This document shows, piece after piece, positions 54,285-63,417 of a DNA stretch of 64,000 nt. This stretch comes from a virus (Duplodnaviria > Heunggongvirae > Uroviricota > Caudoviricetes). The notes below the pieces were generated by a model. It was not told the origin of the DNA. It worked only from the letters and a program-made list of their open reading frames with translations, and ran no database searches. The DNA lies in the IMG/VR virus record IMGVR_UViG_3300040801_001810, positions 166,194 through 230,193 of that record. One strand, written 5' to 3'. The translations under genes were made by a program, and so were the position numbers. Position 1 is the stretch's first letter; every line of letters begins with the position of its first letter.

Positions 54285-54776
54285 ATGTCTCAATTAGTTA
54301 TATATGAAGGTGTATTTGATCCTCCTCATCTAGGACACTATTTAGTTGTACAAAATATTATTGAATCTACTGGAGCACATGTATTAGTTTGTCCTTCAAC
54401 TGATGAAGCAACAAAACAAATAAGTAAAAAAGATAAAGCATCTGACTATAAAACTAGATTAGCTATGTGTCAGCTTGGATTTCCAAATGCTATAGTATAC
54501 AAACATAAAAATTTATACACTATTGATTTACTGCATGAAATACATGCTCATTTTGCATTTTTAAAATTAAGTCTAACATATGGTCCAGATTGGTCAATTG
54601 AAAAGTATCATCAAGCAGATGATGTAAGAACTCTTGCTGCATTTATTAAGGCAGAATCAAAAGTAGATATAAGATCTACAACAATTAGAAATAGAATTAC
54701 TAAAGGTTTACCAATAAAAGGTTTAGTTCTTCAAGAAGTAGAAACATTTTTAGATGGATCCACTATATATGGCTGA
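54285..54776 (+). CDS. nadD: nicotinate/nicotinamide mononucleotide adenylyltransferase (NadD-like)
   Basis: YEGVFDPPHLGHY (E. coli NadD GGTFDPVHYGH) and IRSTTIRNRI (NadD ISATIIRERL). Confidence 0.7.
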   Translation: MSQLVIYEGVFDPPHLGHYLVVQNIIESTGAHVLVCPSTDEATKQISKKDKASDYKTRLAMCQLGFPNAIVYKHKNLYTIDLLHEIHAHFAFLKLSLTYGPDWSIEKYHQADDVRTLAAFIKAESKVDIRSTTIRNRITKGLPIKGLVLQEVETFLDGSTIYG

Positions 54777-54996
54777 AATACTTGGGGTACTTGCTGCAAT
54801 ATTGTCAATATTATCAATGTATTTAATTGGTCCTAAAAAAATGAAGTCTGGCTTTCTAGTGGGCCTATGTTCTAATGTAATCTGGATACTATATGTGATT
54901 AAACTACAAAGTGGGCTTGGCTTACTAATAACATCATTAGTTATTGGTGTGTTTAATATACAGGGATATTTACGCTGGAGGAAAGATGCCTTATAA
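54754..54996 (+). CDS. short PnuC-like membrane protein (possible nicotinamide riboside transporter fragment)
   Basis: 80 aa with two TM helices and W/N/Y-rich loops reminiscent of PnuC. Far shorter than canonical PnuC. Confidence 0.25.
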   Translation: MDPLYMAEILGVLAAILSILSMYLIGPKKMKSGFLVGLCSNVIWILYVIKLQSGLGLLITSLVIGVFNIQGYLRWRKDAL

Positions 54997-55207
54997 TCAT
55001 TTTTATGTTGATGCTAATCTAATAACAGTAAATAATAAAAAAGTACATCCAAGATATATTTTATCATTAGAACCAGGAAAAATTAAAGAAGCAGAAAATC
55101 ATTCAGTCGATATTATTGTACGCAGCATTAAAACTGGAAAGAAACTAAAGAAGAAACAATTGCTTAAAAAGGTAATAAAGTACATATGTTCACGATCACT
55201 AAAGTAG
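54944..55207 (+). CDS. hypothetical protein
   Basis: 87-aa ORF. Confidence 0.3.
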   Translation: MVCLIYRDIYAGGKMPYNHFYVDANLITVNNKKVHPRYILSLEPGKIKEAENHSVDIIVRSIKTGKKLKKKQLLKKVIKYICSRSLK

Positions 55208-55425
55208 CATGGCTAAATGGCGGACGTGTCGGAGTAGTACAAGTTCGTGATCATACAATGAATATAAATAAGTATTATATTCATGGAGCTGGTGATCTTG
55301 AGCTAACAACAGAAGACTTCGATGCTACTAAAGCTGCTAGATGGGGAAGTAGACTTAAAGAAGAAATTGCATTAGCTATATTAAATGAATATGGAACATC
55401 AATAGAGATTAATTATACTTTATGA
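55186..55425 (+). CDS. hypothetical protein
   Basis: 79-aa ORF. Confidence 0.35.
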   Translation: MFTITKVAWLNGGRVGVVQVRDHTMNINKYYIHGAGDLELTTEDFDATKAARWGSRLKEEIALAILNEYGTSIEINYTL

Positions 55426-55658
55426 TAAATTTAAGACAAACAAAAGAAACAATCAGTGATTTAACTCATCAGGAAAAACAAATATTCAAATGCGCACTTA
55501 GATGGTACAAAGCATATGATGATTCTAATCCTGACGTAGGAATGGGTCCAGGATATCATTCATTAGTTAATACTATTGCTGAAGGTAGTCAAATTACTTT
55601 GTCAGAAAAAGATAAAGAATACTTCGTTAATTGGTTAAGATCAAATTCAAGTTATTAA
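55422..55658 (+). CDS. hypothetical protein
   Basis: 78-aa ORF. Confidence 0.35.
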   Translation: MINLRQTKETISDLTHQEKQIFKCALRWYKAYDDSNPDVGMGPGYHSLVNTIAEGSQITLSEKDKEYFVNWLRSNSSY

Positions 55659-55671
55659 GGATATAACTATA

Positions 55672-56040
55672 ATGAAGGCAATAAAGAAGATAACAGATAT
55701 AGCTGATTGGAAAAATCCAGTATTAAAACAAATAATGGAAAGACGATCAACAGCAAAATCTTTAAGTTTAGTATTATGGTTAGTAACTCTAATAGTAATT
55801 ATAATGTGTTATTTACTAGTAAATTCTGCTTCTAGTATAGCTAAAGAAATTGGCGAACAAACAAAAACAGATACATTATATATTAGAGATACTATTACTG
55901 TAACTATAACTAAGGAACAATGTCCTTATTGTAATGCGTTTCTTCCTTGGGCAGTTAATCATCAACCAAAGAAATGTCCAAGTTGTAATAATTATTTAGT
56001 TAAGCCACAAGGTGAAACAAAAATATTTGTATTAAGATAA
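55672..56040 (+). CDS. membrane protein with C-terminal zinc ribbon
   Basis: TM helix LSLVLWLVTLIVIIMCYLLV. CPYC...CPSC. Confidence 0.4.
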   Translation: MKAIKKITDIADWKNPVLKQIMERRSTAKSLSLVLWLVTLIVIIMCYLLVNSASSIAKEIGEQTKTDTLYIRDTITVTITKEQCPYCNAFLPWAVNHQPKKCPSCNNYLVKPQGETKIFVLR

Positions 56041-56042
56041 TT

Positions 56043-56414
56043 ATGAACGAACAAGAATTTAAACAGCAAATAATAACAAACTTTATTGCTACTTACTGTG
56101 CAATAAATTATGACGATATGTGTGCTAGAAATAAAGATCTAGAAAACTATATTTTAATAGAAGACGCAGAATATGTAGCTAATAAAGCCTGGGAAAATTG
56201 GATAAAACTTAAGGATAATAATATGAAACATGCATCTATTACATTTGATTGGAGATCTGGACCTATACCAAAAGATAAGCAACAAGTAGTAGAAGTAACA
56301 TCAGATTTAGCAGAACTAGTGGAAAATGGAAACGCAGTAATGTTGACTTTAGATAGTGATAATAGACTAGTAGTCTATACTGATGATATCAAATGGAGAT
56401 TTAAACAAAGATAA
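56043..56414 (+). CDS. hypothetical protein
   Basis: 123-aa ORF. Confidence 0.4.
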   Translation: MNEQEFKQQIITNFIATYCAINYDDMCARNKDLENYILIEDAEYVANKAWENWIKLKDNNMKHASITFDWRSGPIPKDKQQVVEVTSDLAELVENGNAVMLTLDSDNRLVVYTDDIKWRFKQR

Positions 56415-56419
56415 ATTAT

Positions 56420-56495
56420 GCCCCTGTAGCTCAGTTGGATTTAGAGCAGAAACCTTCTAAGTTTCAGGTCGTTCGTTCGAGTCGAACCAGGGGTA
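56420..56495 (+). tRNA. tRNA-Arg (anticodon TCT)
   Basis: GCCCCTG-TA-GCTC-AGTTGGATTTA-GAGC-A-GAAAC-CTTCTAA-GTTTC-AGGTC-GTTCG-TTCGAGT-CGAAC-CAGGGGT-A. Confidence 0.8.
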
Positions 56496-56514
56496 CTTTA
56501 ATTTAGGAGAACAA

Positions 56515-56724
56515 ATGCCAAAAGAATTTATTCTTACTCTCATCATCTATATATCTATTGGTGTCGGAATATCTACAATTATTGGTGGAATAATAGGCGG
56601 AGTAGCTACAGCATCATGGTTGCTGTTTATAATTCTAGCAATTATAGGTTCTATATCTATAGCTATAGGAGCAGCACTAGATGAAAACAAAACATCTGTT
56701 CTTCGTCATTGGGATTCAAAATGA
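56515..56724 (+). CDS. small membrane protein
   Basis: 69 aa with two TM helices. Confidence 0.4.
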   Translation: MPKEFILTLIIYISIGVGISTIIGGIIGGVATASWLLFIILAIIGSISIAIGAALDENKTSVLRHWDSK

Positions 56725-56921
56725 TAATTTTAAAATGTAAATGTTGTAGTAAACCTTTAGGTGAAATCTCAAAAGGAAAATTAAAGAAAAATACAGTAGT
56801 TATTTGTAAAGAATGCTACGATATTATAGAAATAAAAGAAACAGCAAACAAATTAAATAATATAAATTCAAATAATAGTTTTCCAGACATTTTCAAAGAT
56901 ATATTTAAAGGTAAACTATGA
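56709..56921 (+). CDS. small zinc-ribbon protein
   Basis: CKCC...CKEC. Confidence 0.35.
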   Translation: MGFKMIILKCKCCSKPLGEISKGKLKKNTVVICKECYDIIEIKETANKLNNINSNNSFPDIFKDIFKGKL

Positions 56922-57244
56922 AAAAGATTATTAAGTTCTTAACTAGAAGCTATAGAAAAGATAGAATAGCTAAGAAAATTCTATCAAGAGTTAAAAATGC
57001 TCCTAAGTATAATCCTATTAAAGGAACAAAATTACAAACAGAGCTTAATATTATTAATAATTCAGTTGAGCGATTTGATCCAATATCTGGTGTAAAAATT
57101 AATACTTTCTATCCAATTACAGTATATCTTGGTGATGCAATGAAGTTTGGAGTTTGGCCATATTATAAAATATATCGTAATGGAACAATTGTTAAAATGC
57201 GGGGATATCAAGAACAACCAACACCTATGCCTTGTCCAAGGTAG
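56918..57244 (+). CDS. hypothetical protein
   Basis: 108-aa ORF. Confidence 0.4.
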   Translation: MKKIIKFLTRSYRKDRIAKKILSRVKNAPKYNPIKGTKLQTELNIINNSVERFDPISGVKINTFYPITVYLGDAMKFGVWPYYKIYRNGTIVKMRGYQEQPTPMPCPR

Positions 57245-57684
57245 GAGATATAATGTCATTATATGCTATTCGCTTAAAAGGTACAAATAAATTTATTGCG
57301 TACTATTCAGAATATTCAGATCATGTGAAAGAATCTGGTATACCATTTACTCTTGATGATATAAATGAAAATATTGTTACATATGATACTTGTACTTTAT
57401 TAAAGTCTCGTTTAACTACTCAGTTAAATAAAACTGATCGTTTTATATCTAATCAACTTAGAGAAAAATATGGGCTTACTCAATATCAAAAAATTCCAGA
57501 AAAATTACAGGAAGAATACTATAAAGAAAAAGAAGAGAAAACTGAAGAATTAAGAAAATATCTATTAGAAAATTTCGAAATATGTAAATTAGACTTCGTG
57601 GTATCAGGAGTAATTAGTGCAGAAAATTATACTAAGATACCTGGCGCACAAATGGAACAAAAATTAAATGTTAAACATGCGTAA
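57232..57684 (+). CDS. hypothetical protein
   Basis: 150-aa ORF. Confidence 0.4.
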   Translation: MSKVGDIMSLYAIRLKGTNKFIAYYSEYSDHVKESGIPFTLDDINENIVTYDTCTLLKSRLTTQLNKTDRFISNQLREKYGLTQYQKIPEKLQEEYYKEKEEKTEELRKYLLENFEICKLDFVVSGVISAENYTKIPGAQMEQKLNVKHA

Positions 57685-57976
57685 ACCAATTCAAAAACTC
57701 CCTGAACGCTTTCTTAGGTATCAAGGAGTTGTCTATATCCCAGGACATGCTCACGGCGATGATAGTCACAAAGATTGTGAATATGGATTTGTTAGCGTAG
57801 TAAACGAAAGATTTGTCTTTGTTAAGTTTTCTAAGCAATTAGGTAACTTAGGTTGGGAAGAAACTACATCACAAGCATGTGATCCTAGAGACTTAAAGAA
57901 AATTAATCTTTGGTGGGGTGATCCAGATATATTAGATAGACTCGAATCATATATTATACAGAATAGGAATATATAA
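57668..57976 (+). CDS. hypothetical protein
   Basis: 102-aa ORF. Confidence 0.4.
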   Translation: MLNMRKPIQKLPERFLRYQGVVYIPGHAHGDDSHKDCEYGFVSVVNERFVFVKFSKQLGNLGWEETTSQACDPRDLKKINLWWGDPDILDRLESYIIQNRNI

Positions 57977-58197
57977 TGTTTATAGAATTTAAAGACATTG
58001 ATGGAAATACACATCTTCTTCCTAAGACAACTATACACTGGATAACTGATAATACATCAGATTACAAAGATAATAAAAAGGTTAAGTCAGTAGTAACAAT
58101 AATTATAAATAAAACAAAAATTCAACTTCCTTCGCCAGAGACAATTAAATCTTTTTCTGGTAAACTAATTAAGGAAGATAAAGAAAAGGCACTTTGA
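57976..58197 (+). CDS. hypothetical protein
   Basis: 73-aa ORF. Confidence 0.35.
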   Translation: MFIEFKDIDGNTHLLPKTTIHWITDNTSDYKDNKKVKSVVTIIINKTKIQLPSPETIKSFSGKLIKEDKEKAL

Positions 58198-58431
58198 CCG
58201 ACGATGGGTTAAGGAAAGTTATGAATGCTGCGGCTCAGACTATATGTAATGCGGCGGAACTAATTAGCTAGAACTTAACAGACGGAGCGGATGAAAGCGG
58301 TAAAAATATAGTAATTCCGTGTAGATAAGCTCTTCCATAAAATAGACTGGAAAATCCTACCAGCACTTGGTGACTACTACGCAGTCGGTTATGGTAAAGA
58401 GGGGTCTCAGAAATGAGGCCCCTACTTTTTA
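58198..58431 (+). ncRNA. candidate small non-coding RNA ending in a rho-independent terminator
   Basis: 235-bp ORF-free, GC-richer segment with multiple local stems, ending in AGGGGTCTC-AGAAAT-GAGGCCCCT + ACTTTTTAT (58400-58431). Confidence 0.3.
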
Positions 58432-58443
58432 TAAGGACTAATT

Positions 58444-58977
58444 ATGAAAACAGTAAAACAAATGTTATCCGATGTTAAAGCTAGTTGTATGTGTTTATCT
58501 AAAAATAAACGACGTAGAACAGATTCAAGGAATAAACCAGAAATAGATCGAAAAGTTAGATTTGTTAACGGTATATCTCTACACTATGCTAAACATCTTA
58601 ATATGACCCAACAAGAAGTATTACATATATTTGAGGAAAATAGAAGCTATTGGGCAATGAATTATTATCAGCCAGCGAATTTTCCTAGAATATCAGAAAA
58701 AAATGTAATAGTGCTAGATGATTCGGCTGACTTTCTAAAACAATTCCCAAGTAAACAGTATATATGTCCAGCTTGCGAAGGTATATCTAGTAAACCAATG
58801 GAATGTACTTCAGGTATAATCAGAAATAATAAAGAATGTGATTGGAAATCTTATGGATTGTTTGGTTGCCTAGGTAAAGGAGTAACAATCATATATAGAT
58901 CAAACCCAAGACCAGTTACGATATTCAGACCTAAGGAATTAGATGGAAAAGATAATTGGGACATCGACAATAGTTAA
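58444..58977 (+). CDS. hypothetical protein
   Basis: 177-aa ORF with RBS after the terminator. Confidence 0.45.
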   Translation: MKTVKQMLSDVKASCMCLSKNKRRRTDSRNKPEIDRKVRFVNGISLHYAKHLNMTQQEVLHIFEENRSYWAMNYYQPANFPRISEKNVIVLDDSADFLKQFPSKQYICPACEGISSKPMECTSGIIRNNKECDWKSYGLFGCLGKGVTIIYRSNPRPVTIFRPKELDGKDNWDIDNS

Positions 58978-59857
58978 TGGAGATTCATTAACAGACATAG
59001 CTAAACAGAATTTCTGTTCATATGATTTAGTAACATTAGATCCTCCATTTATCAAGGATCCAGAAGAAGTAATTAAATGGATAGATCATGCAGTTCGAAT
59101 AATGAAGACTAACGGTAATTTAGTAGTATTTGGAAGGTCAGAATATATCGCAAACATTCATGCTTTAATATATAGTAAGATAACTTCTGACAAAAAATAC
59201 AATTTATACTCTGGTCTTAAGTTAATGGATTGGGTTATTACTCCACAGCGTTGTTGTAATAAAACAATATATTCGGCATTATATAGTGAAACTATGACTC
59301 TAGCTTTTTATACTAAAGATCCAGCTAATCGTAAGTTCTATGCAAATACTGATCTAAATATTAAAAATCCTGGAAGAGTATTTTCAGCAGAAAAAGCAGG
59401 AGTATTAACTAATTTATGGAATGGAGTTAAACATACTGCTGGTAGACATGGTAAGTTTAAAGAAATAGAAGAACTAAAAGGACAATCGTTAAACCATAAA
59501 TACTCTACTTCTTGGCATATAATAAAGCAACTACTTTATTGTACTGTACAAGAAGGAGATAGTGTTTATGACGCATTTGGTGGTGCTGGAACGGTTCCAG
59601 CCCTCTGTTCTCAATACAATGTAAATTGTAGGAGCGTTGAATCTGAATACGATAATTTCAGAATAATGGAAGAACTTTGTCTAAGAAAAACAAAAAAGAA
59701 CAAGAAGTTAGCTTCTATATTTAAGGATCTTGTTCATAAGACAAAAGACCCCTATACTAATACGGAGGAAAATGATGGCAGGAAGAAAAATGAGAAGTCG
59801 CAAGACCAATTCTCACAATTCAAAGAGAGCAAGGTACAGGTCGGAGAAACATACTGA
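58943..59857 (+). CDS. DNA methyltransferase (beta-class N6-adenine/N4-cytosine type)
   Basis: Motif IV LDPPF (DPPY/F) precedes motif I FGGAGTVPALC (FxGxG), the beta-class order. Confidence 0.55.
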   Translation: MEKIIGTSTIVNGDSLTDIAKQNFCSYDLVTLDPPFIKDPEEVIKWIDHAVRIMKTNGNLVVFGRSEYIANIHALIYSKITSDKKYNLYSGLKLMDWVITPQRCCNKTIYSALYSETMTLAFYTKDPANRKFYANTDLNIKNPGRVFSAEKAGVLTNLWNGVKHTAGRHGKFKEIEELKGQSLNHKYSTSWHIIKQLLYCTVQEGDSVYDAFGGAGTVPALCSQYNVNCRSVESEYDNFRIMEELCLRKTKKNKKLASIFKDLVHKTKDPYTNTEENDGRKKNEKSQDQFSQFKESKVQVGETY

Positions 59858-60215
59858 AAATAATGCCGAACGTCGGGCACAAACACATCAACGTAGGTTG
59901 GAGAAACAGGCAGAACTTAAAGAAAAAAGATTGCAGCTTCAGGATGAAGTATGTAATATCCTGAAAGTAAAAATCGGTGGTCTTAAAAAGATAATAGGAA
60001 CACCAAACATTAAAAGACTTACGGCTGTAAAAGAAAATAAGTATTTAAGTACTGAATGGTTCTTAGCAAGACAAGCAAAACAACTGGAAGTTAAAGATGC
60101 TAAGAAAACTGTCCATCATAAGAAAAGATCTTCGAATAAGAAGCTATCATTACGTAGAGAAACGAAGAAATCAGACAAAACGATTTCTAATGGATCAGAT
60201 AGAAGAGATCAATAG
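59772..60215 (+). CDS. highly basic (Arg/Lys-rich) hypothetical protein
   Basis: ATG 59772 after acggaggaaaATG, in frame with track ORF 59730..60215. Confidence 0.35.
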   Translation: MMAGRKMRSRKTNSHNSKRARYRSEKHTENNAERRAQTHQRRLEKQAELKEKRLQLQDEVCNILKVKIGGLKKIIGTPNIKRLTAVKENKYLSTEWFLARQAKQLEVKDAKKTVHHKKRSSNKKLSLRRETKKSDKTISNGSDRRDQ

Positions 60216-60420
60216 ATACAAATGGATCGAAAGTCAGAAAGTAGGCAGAGATCTAGGCGACGCTGCAATGTTAGAATGGATCCAGAAGTACGCCAAAATA
60301 TATAGAGAAAACTGGGAAAAAATACACGGAAAAATAATCGAGGAATGTGATGGAATCTGTAATTCAAGTAGTACGGGGAGACAATCTAGATTGCAAAAAC
60401 AAAAAGTGTGTTTTTTGTAG
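60190..60420 (+). CDS. hypothetical protein
   Basis: ATG 60190 (MDQIEEINRYKW...) in frame with track ORF 60097..60420. Overlaps neighbours. Confidence 0.3.
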   Translation: MDQIEEINRYKWIESQKVGRDLGDAAMLEWIQKYAKIYRENWEKIHGKIIEECDGICNSSSTGRQSRLQKQKVCFL

Positions 60421-61015
60421 TAAACCAGCAGTAGATCTATTTGGTGTGACATCGGGTAGAAAATATGATGGTGTCGTAATCAAAAGTTTTAACATATGTA
60501 AAGAACACAGAGATAAAATCAATGCATTGCTATCAGGAAAGTTTGATATTGATGAAATATATCTTGAACAATACAAAATTACTCGTGCAAAGAAAATAAA
60601 TATGAGAAGATTACCACCATTAAGAATAGCAGAAACCAAAAATAGAAAGACATATAAAACATGCCAATTTACTGGTTGTGAAAATAAATTTTGGGGAATA
60701 GCAGTACAAAAGTATTGTACAGATCCAAGATGCAAAGAGTTACGAAAAATCCGTTTTGCAGCTAAGGGTAGAAGAAAGATGTTTGATGCTTCTGTATCAA
60801 ATATTATAATTGAAAGAAAATCAGCTGGTTCTAAGTTAAAAAATAACCAGGTATTAACCATTCGATGTCGAGCAAAAGATATAAATGGTTGTCGATGTAA
60901 GGAAACTTTTACTATATTATATAGTAAGAATAGAAAAGTATATCCAATGTTCTGTGAGGAACACAGATCAGCATATAAAAGACTAAGGTACAATCAAAGA
61001 GGAACAGATGCCTAG
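60347..61015 (+). CDS. Cys-rich (multi zinc-finger) hypothetical protein
   Basis: 222 aa with CKNKKCVFC, CKEH, CQFTGC, CTDPRC, CRCKETF, CEEH clusters. RBS aatcgaggaatgtgATG. Confidence 0.45.
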   Translation: MMESVIQVVRGDNLDCKNKKCVFCSKPAVDLFGVTSGRKYDGVVIKSFNICKEHRDKINALLSGKFDIDEIYLEQYKITRAKKINMRRLPPLRIAETKNRKTYKTCQFTGCENKFWGIAVQKYCTDPRCKELRKIRFAAKGRRKMFDASVSNIIIERKSAGSKLKNNQVLTIRCRAKDINGCRCKETFTILYSKNRKVYPMFCEEHRSAYKRLRYNQRGTDA

Positions 61016-61160
61016 GATATCTATTGAAGAGATTGAAGAATTGAAACTAGAAGACGAAGAATATAATAATGATGATATACATCATGATAAAAATAAAAAG
61101 AAAGAACTAAAGAAAAATAAGGAAAAATTAAGAAAATTTAAAAAAGATTTGTGGTATTAA

Positions 61161-61528
61161 TGGGGTTGTACAGGTTTTCGACGTAATACGGACGAAAAGT
61201 AGTAGCATGTAGTGGTATAGCAAGGTTGGCCACTTTAAAAGCCTTCTAACAATAATAAACGGCGAAGAAACTACTGAGGAGTTCTATCCTCTAGCTAAAG
61301 CTGCCTAATTAAAGGTCAGCGAAGGAATAAGCGTACTCCACTAAGCTTATTCCTAACTCAGTGGGCCAATGGATGAAGTGTAAGATTCCTGACCTGCCTA
61401 GGAAAGACTAGGTTGACTATGCTAAGGAAAGACTGAGCAGGGTTGTTAGCCGCCTTAAAGACTAACTAAACATGTAGAAGCTCTTGTAGTGGTTATTGCG
61501 GACAGGGGTTCGATTCCCCTCAACTCCA
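61161..61528 (+). ncRNA. ssrA: tmRNA (SsrA), standard one-piece
   Basis: 5' GGGGTTGTACAGGTTTTCGACG (tmRNA 5' consensus GGGG.UG...GGuUUCGAC). Internal frame ...GAA ACT ACT GAG GAG TTC TAT CCT CTA GCT AAA GCT GCC TAA (tag ...EFYPLAKAA*). 3' GGACAGGGGTTCGATTCCCCTCAACTCC-A with acceptor complementary to the 5' end. Confidence 0.75.
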
Positions 61529-61665
61529 TTAATATCATAATAGCTAGATAGGACACCAAAACCAGCAGTTGTTCACGGAAACTGCATTATCAAAAACGGT
61601 AACGCTGTATATGGTCAGCAGCAACTTATCTAGCTTTTTTATTTAAGAATAAAAAAAGGAAAAGT

Positions 61666-61803
61666 ATGGACGAATACATAAAAGAATTACTTGAAGATGC
61701 TGTATGTACTGATGGAGCACATCATAAACAATGGTACCTTGAACAAATAGCAGAAACATTAAATATAGATTTACCTGAACATGAAGAAGGCATTGCGCCA
61801 TAA
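61666..61803 (+). CDS. small hypothetical protein (45 aa)
   Basis: aaaaggaaaagtATG. Below track cutoff. Confidence 0.3.
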   Translation: MDEYIKELLEDAVCTDGAHHKQWYLEQIAETLNIDLPEHEEGIAP

Positions 61804-61815
61804 TAAGGAGAAAGT

Positions 61816-62031
61816 ATGGATAAATTATTAATTGCATTATTTGCATTAGTTGGAATAATTGTACTAGCAGCAGTAATTGGACTTGCAATGGCATTTCCTA
61901 TTATGTGGTGTTGGAATTATGCAATAGTAAGTATATTTGGTCTTCCAGCTATTACTTGGGGTAAAGCTTGGTGTCTAAGTTTCTTAGCTAATTGTTTAAT
62001 CAAAAGTACACTAACCACAAATAATAGTTAA
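61816..62031 (+). CDS. small membrane protein
   Basis: 71 aa with two TM helices. RBS ataaggagaaagtATG. Confidence 0.45.
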   Translation: MDKLLIALFALVGIIVLAAVIGLAMAFPIMWCWNYAIVSIFGLPAITWGKAWCLSFLANCLIKSTLTTNNS

Positions 62032-62032
62032 T

Positions 62033-62671
62033 ATGAACATAAAAAAAGAATATATAGAATGTAACTGTAACTCAGTTCTATGTTCTCATAAAAATGATCC
62101 CTGCTGTAGAGTATGTACTGAGGTAGTTCGAACAACAGATTATGATAAAATAGATATATTCTTTATGGGTATGGGTGCTGGCAAGGATGAAGACATAAAC
62201 ATAAATCCTAATAATATTCACCATCAACCATTTTTTGGTAGATCTGGAAGCTATTTAAGATCAATGCTAAAATGGATGTGGGATACAGGGGAATGTTTTA
62301 ATATAGCTTTATCTAATAATGTAAGATGTCATCCAAAGAATCATTATGGTAAAGATAGAGAACCAACAACTGATGAAATAAAAATGTGTATACCTTGGGT
62401 TATTAATGACATCAATAGTCTAAATCCAAGAATAGTTATGCCTTTAGGAAAAAATGCAACTCTTTCTTTACTTCATGAGCCATCCGAATCATCTATGGGA
62501 AAACTAAGAGCAATTAAGATGAGAACGGTAAAAATTGGAGACAGACCATTTACAGTAATACCAACATATCACCCTAGCTATTTATGTAGAACTTATGGAA
62601 CATTTAAACCATTAGAATCTAATGATTTTGATAATAGAGTAATTTCGGATATTAGGCGAGCGTTTGCGTAA
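62033..62671 (+). CDS. uracil-DNA glycosylase superfamily protein (family 4-like, Cys-rich N-terminus)
   Basis: CNCNSVLCSHKNDPCCRVC cluster, then FFMGMGAGKDED (family-4 GEAPGxxE position), FFGRSG (FVGxAG), ALSNNVRCHP (N..kCrPP), and C-terminal YHPSYL (HPS). Confidence 0.5.
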   Translation: MNIKKEYIECNCNSVLCSHKNDPCCRVCTEVVRTTDYDKIDIFFMGMGAGKDEDININPNNIHHQPFFGRSGSYLRSMLKWMWDTGECFNIALSNNVRCHPKNHYGKDREPTTDEIKMCIPWVINDINSLNPRIVMPLGKNATLSLLHEPSESSMGKLRAIKMRTVKIGDRPFTVIPTYHPSYLCRTYGTFKPLESNDFDNRVISDIRRAFA

Positions 62672-62743
62672 GAATGCTCTTCTATGTTATTGTTGGGGAC
62701 GGGTGCTTGAGATAGGCATCCGTCCTTTAATTAAGGAAATAAA

Positions 62744-63097
62744 ATGAAAAAGAAACTTGCTGAATGGATTTGGAATGAATTTGCTAAAAGAGAAGTAATG
62801 CGAGAATCGAAAGAATTATCGGAAAAACAAGCACGATTAATGATACAAGATCTTGTCAAACTTATTATTAAAAGCGGCGAATTTCAGCTAAATAGAGACC
62901 ATTGGTCATTTTTATCAAATAACTCAGTTAGACACGATCTTGCTTCGGCCTTTCAACAAGCCATGGATAGAAGAATTGATATCATATTCAAACAATACGA
63001 AGAAGGTATCAAAAACAAAATCGAATCATATATTTCGTCAGAGGAATTTATTGATAAGATAATTAATAGAATAAATACAAAGCAACTAGCAAAATGA
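62744..63097 (+). CDS. hypothetical protein
   Basis: 117-aa ORF after a hairpin at 62696-62732. Confidence 0.4.
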   Translation: MKKKLAEWIWNEFAKREVMRESKELSEKQARLMIQDLVKLIIKSGEFQLNRDHWSFLSNNSVRHDLASAFQQAMDRRIDIIFKQYEEGIKNKIESYISSEEFIDKIINRINTKQLAK

Positions 63098-63417
63098 AAC
63101 GATTGTGGAAAAAAGGCGATATAATAGTTCCTAGATTGAATAAATGTCCCGTTAGTAAAAGCGTAATAACTATATTAGAAGTTAAACGTGGCAAATATGA
63201 AATAAGGGACGAAAAAAATAAAAAAGAGTTAATTGAAGCGCATTATTTAGATTGCGGATATATAAATGAAGATGGTAATAGAGTTACTGACTGGGTTAAA
63301 CAAGGAGAATTAGATGAACAGCAAAAAAAGAACACCACTGGAAACAACAAATCAAGTAAAAAGAAAACAAGGAAGACTGAGACAAACAGCAATATATCGG
63401 AAACCAGTAATAATTGA
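63094..63417 (+). CDS. hypothetical protein
   Basis: 107-aa ORF. Confidence 0.4.
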   Translation: MKRLWKKGDIIVPRLNKCPVSKSVITILEVKRGKYEIRDEKNKKELIEAHYLDCGYINEDGNRVTDWVKQGELDEQQKKNTTGNNKSSKKKTRKTETNSNISETSNN

